Positions 59,601 to 64,000 of a DNA stretch of 64,000 nt are shown one piece after another (position 1 is the first letter of the stretch; every line of letters starts with the position of its first letter). Source of the stretch: a virus. The position numbers were made by a program, and so were the translations under genes. The stretch lies in IMG/VR virus record IMGVR_UViG_3300005253_000655, positions 3,683-67,682 of that record; one strand, 5' to 3'. Below the pieces are notes generated by a model. That model was not told the origin of the DNA and did not search any database. It saw only the letters and a list, made by a program, of their open reading frames with translations.

Positions 59601-61644
59601 TGATCTTGTCAAGAGGTAGTGAGAAAGTTGCACCATCGAAGTCGGTATCCTTGGCCCTAGAAGTGAAAGTCTGTAGCCCCATCATAGGCTTGGCATCCTT
59701 CTCCAGCTTGGCCTCGGGGAGTTCTTTGGTGACAACCTCAACAGCTTGGTCTGCGGTGACAAACTCCTCCTTGGTCTCCGCTATTTTGGTCTCAGCTTTC
59801 GCTAGCTTGGCCAGGGGACTTGGGCCTTCTTCGCCTCCAGTTTCAACAACCTCTTCATCTGCCAGTATCTCGTCCAGAGTGGCTGTCGGAGTGGGCGGAG
59901 CAGGTTCAAGCGCACCTATAGCGGGGTCTAATACATGTGTGATGTTGTCATAAGGCTTGTCGCCTTCCTTGACTGTACCACCGAACCTCACGTCATCTAC
60001 GGTAAGATTGTAATTGTCGGCTAATTCCCTTAGATCCGCATTGACTCCTTCATATATTTTACCCTTACCGTCTACAAGGAAGCTATTACCCTTCTTCCCT
60101 GGCTCAGTACCACTTGTTACTTTATAACGTCTTGTTTGATGTGCAAGACTAACCCCACCTATAAAAGCTGCCATTACTGCAGCCACATTGCCTTCCTGTA
60201 TTCCTTGAGACTTGATCTTATTCAAAGTCTCCTTGCTGAACATATTGGCAAAATGCTCTGACAGTGTGTCATCCTTGTTGAGTCCAATTAACTCCGTCCA
60301 TACCTCTGGGATTACTTGCAGGAATTCTACTCCCCACTCTGTACCCATAGTTTCCAGCATGGTTTTAATTCGTTGACCGACCAAACGCTTAGGGGCCACC
60401 GCTCTTAAGGCAAAACCTATGCCCCAAGCCTCCATAGACGCCTGTAGAACACCGTTAACTAAACCCGCTGTCAAAGCACGCTGAGGCTCCACGCCCTGTG
60501 CTAGGAGCTTCTCATAGGTACCTCCCACAATCAAAGGAAGTATTGCCGCACGTGCAACATCTGCGCCTGCTTTACGGGAGAGTTTACTGGCCTCCTTTTT
60601 TGTGAGCACACCAGCGCCTTTCTTTAACGCAAGTGAGCCGATAGCCTTACGAGTTAGTGTACCTGCCGCTTTAGCAGAGAGCGCCCCTGTACCAAAAGAA
60701 AGGAGAGAAAGGCCAACCATAGGCATCATGCCGACAAAGTCTTCCCAGAAACCTGAAGACGGACCCTTGAACTCTGGAGAGCTTTCCAGTGCTTTAATAA
60801 TTCTATGTGCATCTGCTGTTCTTGCTTCATCTTCCGGCTTAATTCCGAACGTATCCAACGTAGCAGCAAATCCAGGTATAGATCTGTAAAGAGCTTCTCT
60901 GACACCGCCGTCCTCCAGGCCCAGATCTTTACGCACTTGACCAAGGCCTAGCATAGTCTGCAAGTATTCCCTCCCCATCCTCTTGGTTCCTTCAATTAAG
61001 GCACCTAAAGCACGTTGAGGGTTCCAATCGGGTTTCTTCATACTCTCGGAGTCGAGAGGTCCAAGCTCTTCATCTATGGCTTGTAAGCGTAAGGCTTCTT
61101 TATCCCACATATTTGACAAGGCTTCCTGGGACGTAAGCTGACCAGTCTTGGCCTTGAAATCTGCAAGCTGGTCCTCGTACTCCCCGCCTACAGAGAGGTA
61201 GAAGTCTTCTATTTCCCCTGACTTCACCTTAGCATCGAACCCACTGGCTACGGCGTTGAAGTCGTTGTTCTCGTCCCACAGGCTCCGTATGGCAGCATCA
61301 GCCTTCGGACCCATAGAATCGGACTCCAACACAGCGCCTTGGATACGGGACATCTTGATCTCCGGCTCCATAGCGGACCATCTCTTGACGTAACCGGGGC
61401 TTAGTTCCTGTCCACCCATCTTTCGTGGCTCGTGTAGGAAGTATTCATCCTGATCTTCAAACTTATACACACCGGCCATCTCGTCCGGGCGAGTAGTCTG
61501 GGAGAGGGCATAGCTAGGCGCGGGTGCGGGTGCATCCTCGAAGCCAAAGTCAAACCCTTCATAGCTTAGCGCGGAGTCTTCCTTCATGTCGAAACCAAAG
61601 TCAAACCCTTCGTAATCGTTATCTGTCTTCTGGGACGTAGCCAT
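50617..61644 (-). CDS. Giant polyvalent (ejection-type) protein: radical SAM, glycosylase-like, ART-PolyVal, two zincin HExxH, LPD23
   Basis: GCAHSCAFC; VIDRH..VQAALW; VYHGT..YL..NP..GYDG..QIKS; HELYH; TGW..PDGKWKYEIDD; HEIQH. Confidence 0.85.
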   Translation of the reverse strand: MATSQKTDNDYEGFDFGFDMKEDSALSYEGFDFGFEDAPAPAPSYALSQTTRPDEMAGVYKFEDQDEYFLHEPRKMGGQELSPGYVKRWSAMEPEIKMSRIQGAVLESDSMGPKADAAIRSLWDENNDFNAVASGFDAKVKSGEIEDFYLSVGGEYEDQLADFKAKTGQLTSQEALSNMWDKEALRLQAIDEELGPLDSESMKKPDWNPQRALGALIEGTKRMGREYLQTMLGLGQVRKDLGLEDGGVREALYRSIPGFAATLDTFGIKPEDEARTADAHRIIKALESSPEFKGPSSGFWEDFVGMMPMVGLSLLSFGTGALSAKAAGTLTRKAIGSLALKKGAGVLTKKEASKLSRKAGADVARAAILPLIVGGTYEKLLAQGVEPQRALTAGLVNGVLQASMEAWGIGFALRAVAPKRLVGQRIKTMLETMGTEWGVEFLQVIPEVWTELIGLNKDDTLSEHFANMFSKETLNKIKSQGIQEGNVAAVMAAFIGGVSLAHQTRRYKVTSGTEPGKKGNSFLVDGKGKIYEGVNADLRELADNYNLTVDDVRFGGTVKEGDKPYDNITHVLDPAIGALEPAPPTPTATLDEILADEEVVETGGEEGPSPLAKLAKAETKIAETKEEFVTADQAVEVVTKELPEAKLEKDAKPMMGLQTFTSRAKDTDFDGATFSLPLDKITTKDIVTNLQDYATKKKIKREGAVISRDQVIAPTYQKAITVALAKGKQNLTIPDPRAKDVVPRSERIAMVQIDFKATRAETDQADPYFDKLYSKREGYNKSEDFWEIPTWISEGAATFPNSDVIIARDPKKLAEQLNEAGYKLVMFSAMDANKESIREIAKIYKGKIIVGGYVDKGYFKDLPNVEFRLSLQNAAKAEGIPYKRGVDNRHFKGTKTVPRLCSAKGCAHSCAFCTVGSNVEPLTQTNIDKQVETFKDLDFTLVYMDDKTFGQAPNYTYLEELYKKLKKQNPKFQGFIIQTTAPQYLKLDPEFLKKAGVKYVELGVESYNDDILRRLKKPANRKLIDKAVAKLREDGIAFIPNIMSGLAGKTKDGKIWTETTETYQNTLDFLKKNKDIISHVNIYNMAVYAGTSIGEQISEATETDVDENIISRSYLKDKKLHEGFYTKVLAFGSEMLDKTPVFKEVSDVKTKIEKGVPAAGADKLSPSTSHADVMVAMETRKIPEMKRVMQKALEDYDTKSKRTEVVVDSLSPSKMLPRLYKKYRDAGMTKAQARTKVQKVSGRYQTAFDEVSQGNFESEMVFAARKIPADLKRVMTGYVKTGNLAFGKLYDKHIAKHGSKLSLHATAHENPFVITYDAEKKAGIIQGPVSLLKAAGHKVVETDRVLKHPIRGESVIKEKRVTIDGVNFLIINAPILPRDPALRRKMINALVEKNLSALSWYKKWHDDMIKFEKAGMSREDIVKNIKIQAISTANRNVPSAATIAAGAVRDLEAGKEGNLGGMSEAATKKAREIWEGKETRVTMEDRISYYGRKIGAMVHSVLDESGESIVIDRHMGRLWGYNFTWTPQDVAGGFKVTTAASNEIISDIIQAREDLIGKHPGITNSDVQAALWYAAGVEIPRAGTSQITEFNHAILVDPVKRLGRKMLGLTAEEKGQKIVHFARENRFVIRGARAPRKLTSKDKRRMLALRDKSSSFITPLTGLEIKELTDLSTAAEGDKPHPWSRNDVLKRMESSTADNPYVQMSYWYSGKTRRETFFRGKVPNMTTVYENEVYDGDNDVLGYIGAGIQKALLDPRVLSGQLTLNQVKMNAIAGLIQNSQAYKGFTLPTPNGPIFFMFDEVKVETFTTEAMVALSDVVDVTKALPEDVEALEAVASQLLPDLVTDLRKRLSVYPVDIVETRPTLAKFDNYTSGQLEHGLSVTLKGPLPAVRAAMAELVGLSKKQNGVIILHTDANPNGIYVKMKVDPKFTSEQLHDKLTELGVKEYNRVVTSTGITLEHFIPLKGMTKETLEKAKAVLKGLQSVSVQGSETFTPMHAEVLGSWEGTEESRKNYKKHITAYEGKTKGEATYAEAVREGEVHEATYQQAVDAAYGRTGLQGRESKAGPSKGVSVPLAPSRKGTGPKRVIDSTEFKKWFKKSKVVDSKGKPLVVYHGTDVVFDTFDPEISELGMHFGSSAVASDRVDIGKKPTGESVIPAYLSLQNPYNLVTDIGDWNDMGMLEEHLGPTNEGPFTASEFSKFKDSNDVRKAMLKKGYDGILYITEFEAIGTTDEIRQSFIAFKPEQIKSVFRDKGFLGSAKFALRRVFKGKVTPKQVVEISELMKNLPQWFKNAGFGAELQDRVTVEGLDVLTLDPKQAAKSIVDHEKTLGRPLTAEDILGKTTFNGIYAQIELSNNVDDIAHMERALYHELYHAYKRMLMIPAEWHTKMTALFGSEEAEANAFADYIVDSKNAQYKPNWLKTLWKKMLRLLNITKNGLEGKGFSRAADYFGQIKVGAFPIRQKEWDGTYYTIMGEQSELAQKEFLAGSKLEQARRFNAIEGADAEGIRQRTGWWLSPDGKWKYEIDDSSGSMTKGLTWKRKKLGSKKTFTHNILRKVLNHPTLFKAYPELANIPVFKNLKRGGAFGGSVIQFDGNYGTLLHEIQHAIQAIEGFARGGSVEGMLEHGDNPENAFTALNFIDAATRTGFSLEEIFIANKKFATPNVQRLAKQHQGDPARLRYMMKQVFEPFQEYQKLLGEGEARSVSAREAFDVYQRKALNSFQGGISTDDLIIRFRPSVQDVAYAEQSAPGSTSEQGDTLYSVRPGSTVLAQHQGHEIDTYIKQQGITGPLKDLWVKHVGDPVWKWASHDLPLNLGKKSRFVEAVNKGIITDYGKSSQFIALRDDTNFKITQYRAKAEELAIAINALTPAEQVRASQIIQGSITTQHDKYKHALEAARVFQRLESELTGLGILGADNRFKQLTRKAIADKFREIDAIDAEVKKMEKRLLPTVKTEKVVKSVTKVLENELLSATEEVEKGKYRTKVNKLTQANEGRVHEALMSRGFTTGEADLMISAIKDSVSALEGETGDTVFITKKFQKHMITTMLEKMNTIKSFHPAVLRKGRAAIKKKMKEELKKRREILSRIQTHYTMSGKHYLLRAYETIEVEKTFMNRLTGWLRGRPRASQNFTKQRKNLNAEYRKTLGEITKAPFLVMKGISQETHDMELIRMFNTIAENQSWSMDAKAWNEMKLRGEPVFENVKGWLPLPVTDKLGALSGMMVDKFIHDDLNEAVKQVNVLTKSWDATLRLWKTGKVVYNPAAQARNIMSNTILAWAEDLAPWRGDIYARAAIDMYNKDGYWKEAMTTPLLGNEWSGVEVTKFLTDAAAIKGGNFLAKSSSLVRKLADKPGQSYQAIEQFFKLAVFINARKSGASIKAAAKKAEEGLFNYSKLPPAIRWAKRWYAPFITFSYKAMPRMARMAIRTPWRVAAIWMLMLAAEGISRRVNGESEEEAEREKKVLPAYMRKSVFPGQFSHMKLPYKSDDGRSTKWLDLSYILPWGDVAEQWGQSRIAFRPFLPNHPVYVYAAEVAFNEVLFTGQDLTIKDVDEGGEYMKKLAMELWRQAAPGLAPGSFGFNKLISAATGDKDFAGRERSLTEAIFDVFLGLKIRSIDYSVERANRLRSFKYLILDIKREFRSDYKKLMRSGSSQDKIRIRYQKIYKRMNEKIDKITEKVLEIR

Positions 61645-62956
61645 ATGTGCTCCTGAAATCTTCATCTAATTTTTTAATGTCAGCGCCTTTCTTGGCCTTG
61701 TTCTCTTTTAACACCTTTTCCACATGTTCCAATGCGCCACGTATCTTGGTGTTCAGAGTGGATAAATCTGCGTCGGGGTGTTTTTGTCTCATGCTTTCCA
61801 GCATGGTCTTGGCATGATTGAATCTTGCAATATGCCATTTTGGAGTCTCTCCTGTTATACCATTTCTAGTAACCAGGCTTTTCTCCAGGCTTTTATGCGC
61901 TTGAGGAACTGTCTGTGTCTGTTTCAATTCCTTCTTTGACTCTTCGCTCTTCATTGCGGCCTCTTCTTTAGCTGTGCTTTTCTTCTCTGCCGCAGCCGCA
62001 GTGACGCGTCTTTTCATCAACTCCTGAAACTCCTTGGATTTGCGATCCCACTGTGCCATAGCTCTTTCCACGGCCTTTATCTTGACTTCTTTATTCTCTT
62101 CAATTCTTTTGGAGGATTGTGCGCGAAAGGCTTTCTGTGCGTCTTCCCATCTTCGCTCTTCTTCCTTGTTAAGCCTACCTCTATCCCGCCACAGAATGCC
62201 CTTGCCGAAAACAGCGTCAAAGAGTTTCGGGTATAGGGCACTACTCTTTTCCACTTCATCCGCCACATTGATTGCATAGGGATTGCCTCCCATTCCGTTG
62301 AAGACATTCTGCTCAAAGCTTTTCCTTCCCCTTGCAGTGAAGTCCGGTAGTCGTGCTTGCTCCGGGACACGCTCTTTTGCTGCATCAATGATGGGCTGTG
62401 GCTTTCCTGTCTCTCCTGCTTTGCGTATGCGTGCTATTTGCTTATCTGTAAAGCCCTCTGCTTTAAGGGCTTCCTCGTCAATACCAAGGGCTGTACGGAA
62501 ATCATCCTGAGTCATTCCACCTTGAAGCTTCTTTGTGGGCAGGGTTATCTCCGCTCCAGTGGTCTCGTCCACGAACGTAGGCTTATCACCGAACGTGCCT
62601 GCAGGAGCTTGACCACCTTCGTAGATGCCTTGTTCAGGGCCGAAGCCTGGTACGGAAATAATGGCACCTTCAGCGTTCCGAGTGTTGCCATCCTCATCTA
62701 GCCAATTTCCCTGTCCCGGACCTACGGGTTGTATTTCAAAGGGAGCTTCAGGGTTATCCGGTCCACGTAGTTCTGAGGGACCAAAAAACTCTCCTGTATC
62801 AGAGGCAATTGGAGTGACCTGTTGAGGAGGTCTACTCTGTATGGAGGAGGCACCGGGCACAGCATTTGCTTTACTTTGAAAATCGTCCCAAAATTGAGAC
62901 CTGGCCCCGAAGTTATTGTCTGGATTTACTTCTGTACCTGTTTTTGATCTAGCCAT
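61619..62956 (-). CDS. Probable internal virion/ejection protein
   Basis: 445 aa, Pro/Gly-rich N-terminus and helical C-terminus, upstream of the giant gene. Confidence 0.5.
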   Translation of the reverse strand: MARSKTGTEVNPDNNFGARSQFWDDFQSKANAVPGASSIQSRPPQQVTPIASDTGEFFGPSELRGPDNPEAPFEIQPVGPGQGNWLDEDGNTRNAEGAIISVPGFGPEQGIYEGGQAPAGTFGDKPTFVDETTGAEITLPTKKLQGGMTQDDFRTALGIDEEALKAEGFTDKQIARIRKAGETGKPQPIIDAAKERVPEQARLPDFTARGRKSFEQNVFNGMGGNPYAINVADEVEKSSALYPKLFDAVFGKGILWRDRGRLNKEEERRWEDAQKAFRAQSSKRIEENKEVKIKAVERAMAQWDRKSKEFQELMKRRVTAAAAEKKSTAKEEAAMKSEESKKELKQTQTVPQAHKSLEKSLVTRNGITGETPKWHIARFNHAKTMLESMRQKHPDADLSTLNTKIRGALEHVEKVLKENKAKKGADIKKLDEDFRSTYGYVPEDR

Positions 62957-62968
62957 GTTAAACTCCTC

Positions 62969-63817
62969 TTACTTTTCATATACGGCTGTGGTTGTTGTTT
63001 CTGTAGTTCCGCTCTTCATCCAAGAATCCCACGCTGTTTGAAACTGTGTGGCAGCTACTTGGGCTTCCCGCTGGTAGTTAATATTCGCTTCATTCTGTAA
63101 CTGCGCGTATTCTTGCTCATACAGAGTTCGTGCCTGGGTATCTGCACCAGACATCACACTCTCCAGGCCCATACCGTAACCAGCCAAGGCATCACGAATT
63201 GCAATACGCCGCATGTTCGGGTTGGAGTAACTCCGGGTCAACGCCTGCTGTGTGGCATGACGTAGCTTACGTATGCCAGGGGCCGCTGCTGTCCTGCGAA
63301 GGGAGCTGATACGTCCCTTGTCGCGTGCAGGGGCTTCAAAAGTTGGGCCTTTATACGTTGGCACAGGGTCGGAAGGCGGTAAATATCTGCTCGTGGTCAA
63401 TGTCCCTATCTGTCTCTTTTCTGTTGGTTGAGCCAAACCAAAGGAGGCGCGGACCCGTGCTGAAAGTGTGCGCGGAGGATTCATTGTAATAGTGCCCCCT
63501 CTGCTGGTACTTCTAATACCGCCAGAACTGCTTCTTCCTACAGCGGTGGGAGAAACATCCCTTCTACCGAGAGAGTCGATGTATGCAATATTGGGCGCAG
63601 AGCGAACGTCCCCTCTAGCTGTGGAAGACCCGTCTTGCGTAGTCTCAGGGCGTTCCACCACAGTGTTAGGCAGGGGTATACCCTGATTTTTCTTTACAGG
63701 AACCCTATTCTTCGGGGTACGTTTGAAGTCCTTGGGCTGAGGCTTTTGTCCTCCATAAGAACCCACCCCGGAGAATCCTTGTCCTAAGTATCTACTTACT
63801 CCTACTTCTATTCCCAT
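62969..63817 (-). CDS. Probable internal virion protein
   Basis: 282 aa, Gln/Ala-rich helical C-terminus. Confidence 0.45.
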   Translation of the reverse strand: MGIEVGVSRYLGQGFSGVGSYGGQKPQPKDFKRTPKNRVPVKKNQGIPLPNTVVERPETTQDGSSTARGDVRSAPNIAYIDSLGRRDVSPTAVGRSSSGGIRSTSRGGTITMNPPRTLSARVRASFGLAQPTEKRQIGTLTTSRYLPPSDPVPTYKGPTFEAPARDKGRISSLRRTAAAPGIRKLRHATQQALTRSYSNPNMRRIAIRDALAGYGMGLESVMSGADTQARTLYEQEYAQLQNEANINYQREAQVAATQFQTAWDSWMKSGTTETTTTAVYEK

Positions 63818-63828
63818 GTCATGTCTCC

Positions 63829-64000
63829 TTATACTTTACCAAATTCATCGTACTCACATTTTGGGCATATGTATTGTACGTTGTAATTTCCCTCAACCTG
63901 CGTACAGCGTGTGTGATTTACCTGGAAAGATTGTAACTGACTTGAGCAGTTGGGGCACTTCTTAAGTGGAAGGCGTTTAGCTTTTCCCAAAGCCTTTTTG
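63829..64000 (-). CDS. Zn-ribbon protein, 5' end beyond window
   Basis: Manual translation ...KKCPNCSS...YICPKCEYDEFGKV*. Confidence 0.5.
   Translation of the reverse strand, partial: KKALGKAKRLPLKKCPNCSSQLQSFQVNHTRCTQVEGNYNVQYICPKCEYDEFGKV

Noticed and set aside
1-64000. Integrase, primase, endolysin, enhancer-binding protein, PurZ, reverse transcriptase
   Set aside because: No diagnostic motifs found by eye; they could lie outside the window or be too divergent

Overview
The window covers most of a tailed dsDNA phage genome with podovirus-like gene content; no integrase, primase or endolysin is recognisable here. Layout: (1) a minus-strand late/structural operon (TerS, TerL, sigma-70-like factor, portal, scaffold, major capsid, beta-helix protein, two sulfotransferases, tail adaptor/tube, 1-15.8 kb; also ejection proteins, a 3,675-aa polyvalent protein and tail fibres, 47-64 kb); (2) a plus-strand early region of small ORFs rich in structured RNA (16.4-25.8 kb); (3) a minus-strand replication/nucleotide module (UDG-fused PolA with an intein, DinG helicase, AAA ATPase, nucleases, dNTP hydrolases) plus tRNAs and a holin (25.9-47 kb). 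The most unusual signals are a co-oriented array of 15 (+2) sigma-54 (-24/-12) consensus sites with about 25-bp spacing inside the terminase operon, an 81-nt tmRNA tRNA-like domain with no mRNA-like domain, two pseudoknotted type II hammerhead ribozymes, and a B12-type radical SAM domain inside the giant polyvalent protein. Family assignments come from motif recognition by eye; no database searches were run.
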